A stretch of DNA of 63,126 nt, filler included, from Hyphochytrium catenoides (GCA_900088475.1; 6 parts of 6 records of this genome joined end to end with filler, not necessarily neighbours in it); one strand, 5' to 3'; shown: positions 52,845 through 62,958, counted from the whole stretch's first letter. The notes: generated from the sequence alone by a model not told the origin. Program-made: numbers and translations.

Positions 52845-54194
52845 ATGTCGACAAGTCCAGCAGCAGCATCAGGAGCAGCCGCTCTCTTGGTTGATGATGG
52901 CAAAGCTTCTGCCTCACCATCGCCTCGAGTCCAGCCAGCAGAGAGCTCTGGTGGCCTTCAAGATGCAACCGGTGGTGATGGTGGTACCAACAGTACCATT
53001 GAAGAGAGGATAAGGACGGAGACTTTGATGATTAACAGCGTGAAGGCTCATGATCTCAGGAAGGTGATGAAGACGGCAGGTCTGACGTACTACAAGTTGA
53101 ATACTGAAGAAATGAGGAAGAAGTACTTGGCTCACAGGATCGCGGAGATTGTCAGGCCTTTGTCTGACATTAAGGATAGCATCGCCAGGAGGGCCACCAC
53201 TGGGAACAGTCATGCTTCTGTGGCTGAAGATCAAGAAGTGTCAACCAGGAAGACGAAGAACTGCTCTCCTCGGTTAATCAACGTCATCTTCAGTGACGAC
53301 TTTGCCCCTCGGATTGAGGAAATCAACGGCTCTTCCTCCAGAACAGATATTGATGCTGGCATGGTCAACGGCAAGTCCCGATTCTGGGCGGATGTCACTA
53401 AAGCGTTCCAAACTGAGGAGCTCTCTTCGAACGCTATATATGGGAAGCTCTATGTAGAGTCGAATGATGACAAGAAGCTGTTCTCCGATATAGACCCTGG
53501 CGCGAAGCCCGTCCCTCGGCATTCATCCGAGAAGCTCATGGAAATATGGAAAGAGCTGACCGCAAGGTATAGCGAGTGTCTTGCGAACTTCACCAAATCT
53601 GGTACCAACGAGTACGACTTCTACAACTTTTGTCGTGGACGGCTTGATGTGTACTATCTTCGTCTGTGGCTCGCGAGGAGACCAGGCTTTCTGGATGCAT
53701 TTACAGGCAAAATGCCGGATGAAGCATCATTCACAACCCTTCAAACCCCCGAAAACAAGAGATCTACCGCCCATCAGGAAAAGAGTGATGCCAACATTAA
53801 GGGTGGAAGTAGAAAGAAACCAAGGGGATCGCCTGTTCATAATCAGCTTTTGGCTTCCTTCCACGACATGAACAGCAACGTCAAAAGGCTAGTTGATAAG
53901 ATGGTTACCTCTCAGTCGCCTGCTGCGGCTCGTGACAACAGCAATGAGCGCATCATGATGCTCATCGAAGCACAGGCGCAGTCTATGCAAACAAAGGCCG
54001 ACTCCGCACGTTACAAAGATATGGAGGAGCGCATTGAGAGGTATATGAAAATGATCAATAACTTAATCCGAGAGAAGGAAATCGAGAGCAACAGGGACAA
54101 CCCTTCTTCAATGTTGCTGACCTCTATAGATGGCGACATCCTCAGACTGACAGAATTGAAGACAGAGGTTTTCAGCCGACTTAGCAACATGTAG
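52845..54194 (+). CDS. Harbinger accessory DNA-binding protein (divergent Myb/SANT-like)
   Basis: Intact ~449-aa ORF inside the TIRs; RLINVIFSD...FWADV...KLMEIWKELTARYSE...SG pattern, basic NLS (SRKKPR), C-terminal coiled coil. Confidence 0.75.
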   Translation: MSTSPAAASGAAALLVDDGKASASPSPRVQPAESSGGLQDATGGDGGTNSTIEERIRTETLMINSVKAHDLRKVMKTAGLTYYKLNTEEMRKKYLAHRIAEIVRPLSDIKDSIARRATTGNSHASVAEDQEVSTRKTKNCSPRLINVIFSDDFAPRIEEINGSSSRTDIDAGMVNGKSRFWADVTKAFQTEELSSNAIYGKLYVESNDDKKLFSDIDPGAKPVPRHSSEKLMEIWKELTARYSECLANFTKSGTNEYDFYNFCRGRLDVYYLRLWLARRPGFLDAFTGKMPDEASFTTLQTPENKRSTAHQEKSDANIKGGSRKKPRGSPVHNQLLASFHDMNSNVKRLVDKMVTSQSPAAARDNSNERIMMLIEAQAQSMQTKADSARYKDMEERIERYMKMINNLIREKEIESNRDNPSSMLLTSIDGDILRLTELKTEVFSRLSNM

Positions 54195-54254
54195 TCAGCT
54201 CAAAACTCCTGAATCGATAAAATAGTCAATGCATTACTCGTGATTGACACCCCT

Positions 54255-55727
54255 TTATGGATTGCATTGCCTTCTAGCGATGTTATGTGCTGGGCGGACG
54301 AGGTTGAGATCCTCAATGTACTCCACCATGGCATCTCTAAGCCTACTCCTGCCAATCATAAATGATGTCTCTCCACCGGGGGTGGGCTCTTCCTCGTTGA
54401 CAGTGGAACTGTAGCTACACGTTATGTCTTCTGGACGCACGTGATCTTTTGGGTCCAGTCGTAGCCGCTCAGATATGCAGAAGTTGTGAAGGCGCATGCA
54501 AGTATGAACTATGAGAGGCACAGTATAGAGCCGGCACTCTAAAGGCTTCTTGAAAATTCTCCACTTGGTCACCAGATAGCCGAATGCCTGTTCAATTTTG
54601 ATGCGCAACTGTGACAGATAGAAATTGTAGCTATCGTGTCTCCTCATATCCTTTTGTGAACCCTGAAAAGGTGTCAGAAAGTGCTCACTTGGAACATATG
54701 CATTATCACCTATCAAGTAGACACCGTCCGGTAGCTGCTCCACAGTTTCAGGGAGGCGGGTGTGTCTGTATGCTGTGAGGTCGTTCGTTGACCCAGGACA
54801 TTCCATAGACACAAAGGTAAATCGGCTTTCCGCGTCGCACACTGCTTGGACGTTGATACCATAGCAAGAGTAATGTCCTGAGTAGTATTTTCTTACGTTC
54901 ATTGTCTCCTCTTTGCTTGGGACTTTGATCTTGCATAGCCAGCCGTCAATACATCCAACGCACCCATTGAATGCCGAAGACGTGCTGTAGGCCATAAAGG
55001 TCCGACACATTCGGTCCACTTCGGCTGGCGTCCCCGGAAAGGTAATTGCCAGGGATGATTCTTCCACTAGCGCAGTCATTACGATGCGGGTACACCTGTA
55101 GAAAGAAGCGTTACTGACCCCAAAGTGGTCAGTGATATCGTGGAGGGAGCCGCCAGCAAGGTATCTCAGTGTCATCCCCAGCATTAGCTCTGGAGTTATT
55201 GCTTCTTGTCCAGTCCTGATATGTGACATGTGCTCATCAATCGTAAGTTTGTCTCGGATCCTTGCCAATAGAATATTGAAGGAAGCTACTGACATCCGGA
55301 ATTTTTGCTCAAACTTGCCACGGATTTCTAGACTGCGAACATGAGCTGGCCAGTTGATTCTAATGACAGGATCTTCTTTGTAGAATTGTCTTCGGGAAAG
55401 GAGAACTTTTTGAAGATAGAGATTCATGGCTGCCGAAGATGACTGAGCAATAAGGGCGATGATTGCCTGCATTGTCTGCTGTCGTAACCTTTGCTCAGCA
55501 TCCTGGCGGTCAGTGATCTCGCTGAAGAGTGCCCACAGAAGCAGTGTCTGTTGGAAATTGGTATCCTCATCAGATGCTAGCGGGTAAGGGTCTTGTTCGT
55601 CGACAATACCATCCTCCTCCTCCTCCTCCTCCTCGCGCCTCCTCCGACCTAGTAATGAAACTCCATCATCACTATAATAGTCGTCATCATCTTCTGCTGT
55701 CGCTGCTGCTGGTGATAAGGATGCCAT
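54255..55727 (-). CDS. PIF/Harbinger transposase (DDE_Tnp_4, HARBI1-like)
   Basis: FRMSVASF, LGMTLRYLAGG HTH, GCVGCIDG (D), YSGHYSCYGINVQAVCD, PGSTND, LIGDNAY (D), RIKIEQAFGYLVTKW (E), LHNF. Confidence 0.95.
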   Translation of the reverse strand: MASLSPAAATAEDDDDYYSDDGVSLLGRRRREEEEEEEDGIVDEQDPYPLASDEDTNFQQTLLLWALFSEITDRQDAEQRLRQQTMQAIIALIAQSSSAAMNLYLQKVLLSRRQFYKEDPVIRINWPAHVRSLEIRGKFEQKFRMSVASFNILLARIRDKLTIDEHMSHIRTGQEAITPELMLGMTLRYLAGGSLHDITDHFGVSNASFYRCTRIVMTALVEESSLAITFPGTPAEVDRMCRTFMAYSTSSAFNGCVGCIDGWLCKIKVPSKEETMNVRKYYSGHYSCYGINVQAVCDAESRFTFVSMECPGSTNDLTAYRHTRLPETVEQLPDGVYLIGDNAYVPSEHFLTPFQGSQKDMRRHDSYNFYLSQLRIKIEQAFGYLVTKWRIFKKPLECRLYTVPLIVHTCMRLHNFCISERLRLDPKDHVRPEDITCSYSSTVNEEEPTPGGETSFMIGRSRLRDAMVEYIEDLNLVRPAHNIARRQCNP

Positions 55728-56143
55728 CGTTCTACCTGTAGTGGCAGCATCAGCACTGGTCCTCCCGCAGCAGGGTGTGATGTGATGTGAGACAACTATG
55801 AAAGACCTTTACTCGTCGTCTTTTTTTATCATCATCTCTGTCATCTCAAAAATCAATCATCACAAAAAAGAAGTCCGGCGCAGCAGTCGGTGGTGGCCGC
55901 TTTTTTCTGTTGCTGTCAGCTCCTACTTTGCTTGATTTATATCATCTCTCCCGCTGTCAAATGATCTAAATGCTGTGATTCTTTTGTACGGGCCTGTACA
56001 GGCCTGAACCGTATACGGTACGGGTAAAGGGTTACCGGTCTCACCCGTACGTGCGTTACCGGGTAGGCTTTCCGTTGAGCGGCTAGTTCCGTACAGGTCG
56101 GACCTGTACGGGTGTCGATAATTATGCCCCTCAGGGTCCAGAG

Positions 56144-56245
56144 CAGGGGTGGGCAATTATTTAATTTTAACTCCAAATTTTAATTTCCATAATCTAATAA
56201 GGAAGTTAATTGGAAATTACGGCGAAGGGTGACGAGCTCTAATAA
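56144..56245 (+). mobile_element. Probable hAT-family left terminus
   Basis: CAGGGGTGGGCAA start preceded by the 8-mer GTCCAGAG (resembles nTCTAGAn hAT targets), then AT-rich subterminal DNA. No partner end visible. Confidence 0.5.
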
Positions 56246-56330
56246 GAGCATCTCCACCGGGGAGCAGTAAACAGTATTTATAGCACCGTCAACGGCCACC
56301 TAATGCTGCGATCTGATTGGCTACAATATA
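56246..56330 (+). mobile_element. Truncated end of a relative of element B
   Basis: TAA|GAGCATCTCCACCGG, then TATAG..GTCAACGGC..TCTGATTGG shared with 56575-56670; cut by contig end. Confidence 0.85.
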
Positions 56331-56374
56331 NNNNNNNNNNNNNNNNNNNNNNNNNNNNNNNNNNNNNNNNNNNN

Positions 56375-56386
56375 TTAATTAATTAA
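56375..56386. other. Artificial contig linker
   Basis: TTAATTAATTAA flanked by N runs. Confidence 0.97.
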
Positions 56387-57534
56387 NNNNNNNNNNNNNN
56401 NNNNNNNNNNNNNNNNNNNNNNNNNNNNNNAAGAAGAGTTACACTAAGAAGACAGAGGAGATTGCACTTACCTGAGAAGATAGAACATAACACTTTAGGC
56501 AGACGACACTTCGTACTGGTAAAGAGCTAATGTCTTTTCAGTTGAGAAAAAGCAACGTGGCAAACAAGTGCTAAGAGCATCTCCACCGGTCAATGCTGGT
56601 GTATTCTATTTCTGGGCTATAGGGTTGTCAACGGCTACGATAACTCGAGCTCTGATTGGTGGGGCTATAGAATCGGCGTTAACCGCTTTAGAAATAGATA
56701 GCCCAATTGTGCCGCTCCACCGGCGATTTCAAGATCACCTTGGTCTATAGCTATCCTCAGTCTTCCTCTCCGACAATTCAGAACTCCCCTCGTTGCTTGC
56801 CCTCTGAAGTGGTCATATGCTTAACTGTGGTATTCGCAGGTATCCTCCACGAGATTTTTGATGCCAGGTCCATCACGAAAATAGGCTAATTTAATCTGAT
56901 ATTCTACCGAAGAAATCTGATTATTGTAATCGAGAATTAGTAAATCGATACATGATATAGAATACACCAGGCCAAAAAGGAGCCGGTACCGGCAGATTCT
57001 GGTGTATTTGGGGGTCGAATACACCAAAATCCGTCTGGTCTATCGCCGGTCTATAATAGACCACGAATAGACCAACCGGTGGAGCAACTTTTTGGTTTGG
57101 GCTATCTAAAATAGAATGGGGTTGTGTCATTTGCACGTTCGACGCTTACAGGAAGCCGGTACCCGCTAGCTGTTGGTGTCAAAATGCGCCGAAAGTTGTG
57201 TCATTCTCGTTTCTGTCCCGGCTGTGTTTACACAGCCGGTCCAGTCAGAGGTTCTCGCCGTTGGCGGCTATAATAGGTGTGCAAACACAGACGGAGCCCA
57301 AGTTGGGTTTCCTGTGTTTGCGCACCCCCGGAAACACCAAAACACATTGATGAAACACCTTACGACGGCTATGAAAGAGCTTGAACAGCAAAGATTCTGT
57401 CGAAGCATGCCTATCCATCGCAGTTCGTAACCAGCACAAAGCTTCATGAAAGGCAGAAAGGTCTTTTCCTTACACAGCAGCAGTGGGCCTTGACAAGAAT
57501 GTAGGTTAAGTGCGTGTCGTACCATCAAGTGAGA

Positions 57535-59413
57535 ATGATGCCAGTAGACGAGAAGGAGGAGGACCTTGATGATGACGTTGGTGCTCCCTGCAGAAAAAGA
57601 AGCGGAAGGGAAGCTGGAGAGTAAGAACAAGATGAAAGTCCTCCGGGTAATAGAAGGGCAAGAAAACTTGAGAAGGGGGAAGGCCACGTGTTTGTTAATG
57701 ATGTGCTCCCGATGATGGCCCACCAACAGGAGGAGGAGCAACTTAGTGACAAAGAGCACAGTCTAAATGGCGACGACGACAGCGTTCGGGGGGAGATGAG
57801 CGAGGAGGAGGAGGTTGAAAGCATGTTGGCTTGCCTTGAGACAACTACGTTCGGTCCTTGTGCTGCAATCGTCGAGAGCACGGTGAATGCTGTCTCTACT
57901 TTGCTGAAGAGCAGCCTCCTCTCAAAGAGGCAACTGCTCTTAGAAAGCTTCTACAGAGAGGAGATCCAAATGTCGGGCCACTCTATCCGCTTAGGAGATG
58001 CACTTGATCACCTTCTTAAGAAGGAGGATCAGCTTGCGGAACTTCTGTATCGAAGGAGCGAAGAAGAACCAGCAGCTCACGACCTGGTCCTTATGGCCTT
58101 AAAAGGGTTGATCGAAGAAGGTTAGTCGACTGAACTTCTCACGTTATCGTTAGCACTTTGGATAGAACTGAGAAGTTGCGTTGTCCACACGTAGAACTGA
58201 GAAGTTGCACTGTCTCCACGTAGATGAAGAGCGCGAGCAGCTTCTGAAGGAAGTACATCTTCGCTATCATGCTCTTCAAGAGTACGCAAGAGAAAGTTAC
58301 GAGTTCTCTATCACATTTTGCAACTCCTTGCGAGAGCAGTCACTCCATAAGAGATGCTCTCTCTTTGAGCTTGTATCTGATGATAGGATGTTGAGGTAGG
58401 ACTTCGATGTGATGCTTTCAGCAGACCGAATGGAAGAGGAACCATTGAGTCTAAGAGGTGGTCTCCATGCATCTGATGCTCCCTCTAGGTATCTTATCGG
58501 CATGGACCTAATGGAGTTTGACAAGCTTTATGGAGTGTCTTCCGAGGCCCTGAGAGATGTATTTCCACGTCTGAAGGAAGACCGGCAAAGTTATGCACCG
58601 CACAGTCATGCGTGGTCCACACTTCGCTTAATTCTCTTTCTCACTCTGCTGCGCCTGAGACACAACCTTCCGCTGAGGGCACTTCAAGGTCTCTCCGGGT
58701 TCACCTTCTCAAACATTGGGAAGCAGACCAACAAGGTAGAGATGGTGTTGATGGAAGTGTTGCGCACATCATATCTATATGCACCCTCCATTGACGAGCT
58801 GATGCTTGCGGGAACAGAATTTTATAGCCGAAATACTTTCCAAGGCCATCGCCACAAGATTTGCATGTGGTACGATTGTACTTACTGCTACATACCTGCT
58901 CCTTGCCATCAGAACATACAGGAGATATATTATTCAGGTTATGTCAAGGCCCACGCTCTCAAGTTATGTATCTTTGTATCGGCAGAAGAAGGGCGGAAAT
59001 GGGTGCATCAAATCTCTTGCACGACTGGCAAGGTGTCTGATGTGAATGGGGCATTTGCTTCACCTATAATGAGGACCTTAAATGGCACTGATCTAGTTAT
59101 TGGTGCGGACAAAGGTCTCAGCGGCTTCGACATCTTCGTCACTCCCTTTAAGGCGTCTGCAGTTTCTGTTGATTGTAAAAAGGTGAGCCAGCCAACAGCC
59201 AGGATAATCAGCGAAGAATGTGCTGCCTATAATAAAGCATTAGGAAAGAAACGTGTAAAAGTGGAGCAGGTTATTGGAGATCTCGTCAAGTGGGCAGCTG
59301 TCAGGGGAACAAGCGATAAACGGCGGGATCACAGTTTAGAGTATGCCGAAGTTAGAATTCAGCTATGCCGAGCCTTAACAAACTTTGTATATCGTCAGCG
59401 ACGGCAAGGGTAA
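57535..59413 (+). CDS. ISL2EU/IS5-like DDE transposase (HTH_Tnp_4 + DDE_Tnp_4), multi-exon, 5' part likely damaged
   Basis: LFLTLLRLRHNL..L HTH, WYDCT (D), YSGYVKAHALK, GKVSD, GADKG (D), YNKALGKKRVKVEQVIG (E). Probable introns ~58121-58223 and ~58396-58488 give DDRMLR|YLIGMDLMEFDKLY. In-frame TAA at ~57621; true start may lie further upstream (~57184). Confidence 0.8.
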
Positions 59414-59473
59414 TCGACTATATTCACGAGCGTCAATATAAATGGCGAAGGAAGCCACGTAGGGGTGCATCCC

Positions 59474-61412
59474 TCACAAGGACGCTTTGGCCCTATCTGT
59501 CTCCGAACCGCCATCAAAGGCTTGTTGTTCAAGAGCTTGAAGAATTGAATACTTTTCCCTAGCCTCCTCCACATTTTTGGTTCCCATCGCTATTTGCGTA
59601 AGAGCTGCCCGTCTACTGTTACGCTCTAGCTGCGCAACAATAGCAGCTCGGGTCTCTCTCTGAACATCCTGTGTTCCTGCCAAATTTTTTGACAGATCTG
59701 TCAATACATCCGCAAGACCATCCGCGCTGTTCCCCAAAGGCCTCAACGATAGTCCTTGCTCTGTTATCGGAGCCACGTTTTCTTTTGTATCGTCGTGAGC
59801 TGACCCCTGGGGCTCTGATAACGGGATTTGGAGATTGGGATCGACGGCAGCCAGGCGTGTTCGGTTGACACACCCTGGTGTGGTCGAGATGGGGGAAGTC
59901 TTCCATCGACAGACCTGATACTTGTGATCTGCCTCCCAAGCCTTCATCGCTTTGGATAACTCCCCTAATATCTGTCTTCCCGTTCTACTTGTAGCTCGGA
60001 TTCCTTCAGAGTCGGGAAATGGATAGGGCTCGTTCATACTAGGTCTGGCGACTGGTCCAGTTTGCTTGACTTCGTTAAGGTGTCGACCCAACCACCGTTC
60101 CTTGGCAGTTCTCTCCCACAGTACTGAGAGTTGACGTTTGTCCAGTGGACAAAGGTCACATCCTGGAATATTCTCTCGATTACCAAGAGTACAGGCGTCG
60201 ATAAACACCCTCCGTGCCAAGCCGTCGTGGTACTGCTCTCCACTCGATGCCTTTTCCGCGAGAAACTTGAAAAAGAGATAGCGAATCTTCATTCCCCTTG
60301 CGCCCGTTAGCTTGAACTGTGGGCTCTCCATGTCCAAGGGTGTAAGACGAGCGGGAGGACAATTCACTTGTTTTTTTACACTGTAGAGTCGGGTCATTGC
60401 TGCTGGGGATAAAGTCTCATCGTCCTCAATCCCCGGACCATCGCTGTCCCTCCTTTCAGGGCCATCAAGCTCCGCATACGGATGATCAAGACCTAAAGCA
60501 AGACACGCTAGATTAGACTTTTTCTAAGATCGTAGAAGCAGTAATGGTGTTCTACCGTAGACTATACATATGATCAGATAAAGCTGGTAAAGACTGCTAG
60601 GGAATGATCCGCTTGCAGCCAGTTTATCTGGCAAGTGCTTGTCTCTTACTAAGGCCATCAGGCCCTCTGCAACATTCTCAGGATCAAACGCCTCTCTAAG
60701 TTCCTCATTCTCCATTGCAAACCTCTTCCACTCCTGTTAGACAAAGTATGTTTGAGTTAGCTGTATCACTTCAAATGGCTGTGAAAAGTAAAGGACCAGT
60801 GCTCCTACATTTTCCAACTTTTCTCTGACCAATACTAGTGTGGCAGCATCCTCAGCATCCACCAGTAGACCCTCTTGCCCCTGACCATACTTTCTAGCCA
60901 AAGTGACAAGGCTGTCAATGATATCGTCATCAGTCTGACATTCATGGCCCAACAGCTCATCAAATAAGTGCCTCTCCTTGACAACCACCTCAGAGAACGC
61001 ACCAGTGATATGCCAAACCCACTCCCTAGTCAACGTCCTTAGAAAAGCTCCTATCATTCCCCTCTCACCAGCACCACTATCGTTACTATCGCTAGTAGGA
61101 GGGCTCTCTTCTTCCCCTCCTCCACCATGATCCAAGGCCTCTCCTATCCTTTCTCACTTGCTGCTGGATGATTATGTCAGGAGAGATCTTCTTCTTCATC
61201 ACTCCCGTCGCTTCACCTTCATCATCATCATTGCTAGTACTGCTGTCGCTCGGCGGTGCAGCTGCAGCGATAAGTTCCACAGCTGCAAGAGAAGTTTGGG
61301 GTGCTGCTGCGCCGTCACCACTACCACCATCATCATAGCGACGGCGTCTTTTTACTGGCGCTGCTAAATTCTTTGCCCCCTCTTCATCTGTGCATTTATG
61401 TTTTTTCTGCAT
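59474..61412 (-). CDS. Second gene of element B, unknown accessory protein (multi-exon, probable frameshift near 61150)
   Basis: 307-aa terminal ORF extends 5' to a TTTAG acceptor at ~60492. Upstream exon-like ORFs 60524-60734 (CTAACAG acceptor), 60737-61135 and 61092-61412 with NLS VKRRRR. C-terminal coiled coil. Confidence 0.6.
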
Positions 61413-62000
61413 CTCTTCTACGTGATGGCGAGCGATGTAGATGAATTAATGATGAGTGATGACTGAAGAATCTCAAAAAATAATTCAATTCAAAAGGAGG
61501 CTATCTGTAGAAGCGGCGCTGTCATGAGGACAAAATACTATCCTAGTCGGACAGTTGATATTCCCTCCATTTTACAACAGGCACAAAGACGCTACAATCT
61601 GGCTGAAACATTTCGAAAAGAACGTTTATTGCATTGAAACCTTTCAGGTGTGTTTTGCAAGACGTGTAAGGAGGGACAGGGAGTGTGCATGTGTAAACCA
61701 AGCCAAGCCTTTTGGTGTAGCTGGGGCCAGAAGCACATTGTGAATGTGTAAGCATCGCAGGTGCAAATGACACAGGCCCAATACACCACCGATAGCCCAC
61801 GGATACACCACCCGGTGGAGATGCTCTAAGTGTCAGACTGGTGACCAGAGAGAACAACTCTGTGCTAATCAACTCTAGACGGAATCTAGGTAACAAGGGA
61901 GAGGAACTTGTCCATCGCCCTCACCCATTGGATGGTGGCGAGAGGAGAGGCAGTCGNNNNNNNNNNNNNNNNNNNNNNNNNNNNNNNNNNNNNNNNNNNN

Positions 62001-62012
62001 TTAATTAATTAA
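62001..62012. other. Artificial contig linker
   Basis: TTAATTAATTAA flanked by N runs. Confidence 0.97.
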
Positions 62013-62056
62013 NNNNNNNNNNNNNNNNNNNNNNNNNNNNNNNNNNNNNNNNNNNN

Positions 62057-62958
62057 AATTCTGAGGAAACGAATCTGGGTATCTGGTGGTCTATGCTACT
62101 TGATACCACCCACTATCACGAGGGCTTAAGTGCCTCCTAACACAACTACAACTATAGTCCTCCTCCCAAACGCCTTCTTCCTCTTGTTGTTGTTGACTAT
62201 AACAACCACCACCACCACCCTCTTCTTCTTGTTGTTGTTCATCTTCATGGTCGTCTTCATCATCGCTGATGTCGTTGGGCATCGAAATACCAGCAACAAA
62301 ATAACGTTGAACACTGCGAGGTAAGGGCCTAGGCATTCGGCCTGTTGCTTCGTCCTTGGTGAGAGGAGGCACACTGGGGACGCAGGCGCTTGCGGAGAGG
62401 AGAAAATACCCAGGTTATTAGTAAGTAGTACTCGTACTGCAGAACAAGAACCCATCAGGAGGAGGAGGAGGAGGAGGAGGAGAAAGACGGAGATGAAGAG
62501 GGTTCTAAACCACAACAACCCATCTTCCTCTTTCATTGGGTGGACAGCAGGAGGACGACAAGAATGACCCGTTTGTGACCCTAAAAACGCGTGACGACCA
62601 TACAGGTAACATGACTTGGTTGATACCCGATAGAGACTTGAATGAGAGTCGGTCAGGACCCGTTCTATAAGGCTTTGACTTGATGAGGACCCGTGCCTGA
62701 CCCGATGGACAATTTCATGACTTGCTTGTGACCCGGACGACCTGCTCAAGACCTGAATGACTCACAGAAGACCCGAGCAGGACCCGCCAGCGACCCGAGT
62801 TACTTGAGACAATCTCCCTTGAAGACCGGGTCATGACCCGAATTACTTGACAAGGAGCGCCCGCCAGAGCAAGTCATGACCCGAATTACTTGACTGGCAA
62901 AGGGAAACTCCAAACGGGTCACGGGTCTTCAGTCGGGTCACGACCCGTCCGATCCTTG
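62057..62958 (-). mobile_element. Probable hAT-like element terminus with GACCCG subterminal repeats and degraded transposase start
   Basis: About a dozen GACCCG/CGGGTC motifs in 62565-62947; end reads CAAGGATCGGACGGG on the minus strand; inward ORF with YSCSC...SGW resembling a BED-type finger, then TAG. Confidence 0.5.

Larger units (their letters stand above)
52469..56130. mobile_element. PIF/Harbinger DNA transposon (element A, 3662 bp) with two convergent genes
   Basis: Left end GGGCCCTGATTATCGGCACCCGTA vs right end reverse complement GGGGCATAATTATCGACACCCGTA (20/24). Flanks TAA (52466-68) and TCA (56131-33). Encodes a DDE transposase and a partner ORF. Confidence 0.85.
56575..61826. 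mobile_element. Complete PHIS-group (PIF/Harbinger-ISL2EU) transposon, element B, 5252 bp
   Basis: Perfect 15-bp TIR GAGCATCTCCACCGG (56575-56589 / 61812-61826); TAA TSD at 56572-74 and 61827-29 (empty site C-TAA-G); two convergent multi-exon genes. Confidence 0.93.

Noticed and set aside
56246-56589. Two GAGCATCTCCACCGG ends ~330 bp apart as one tandem structure
   Set aside because: A contig linker separates them, so proximity cannot be trusted.
52469-61826. Fanzor/TnpB RNA-guided nuclease cargo in the transposons
   Set aside because: No RuvC motifs or C-terminal CxxC zinc finger pattern seen in any element ORF.
16835-62056. Recurring TTAATTAATTAA as a biological repeat
   Set aside because: Always embedded in N runs of similar length; an assembly linker.
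62830-62894. CRISPR-like repeat-spacer-repeat
   Set aside because: Only two exact units, irregular spacing elsewhere, eukaryotic context and no cas genes.
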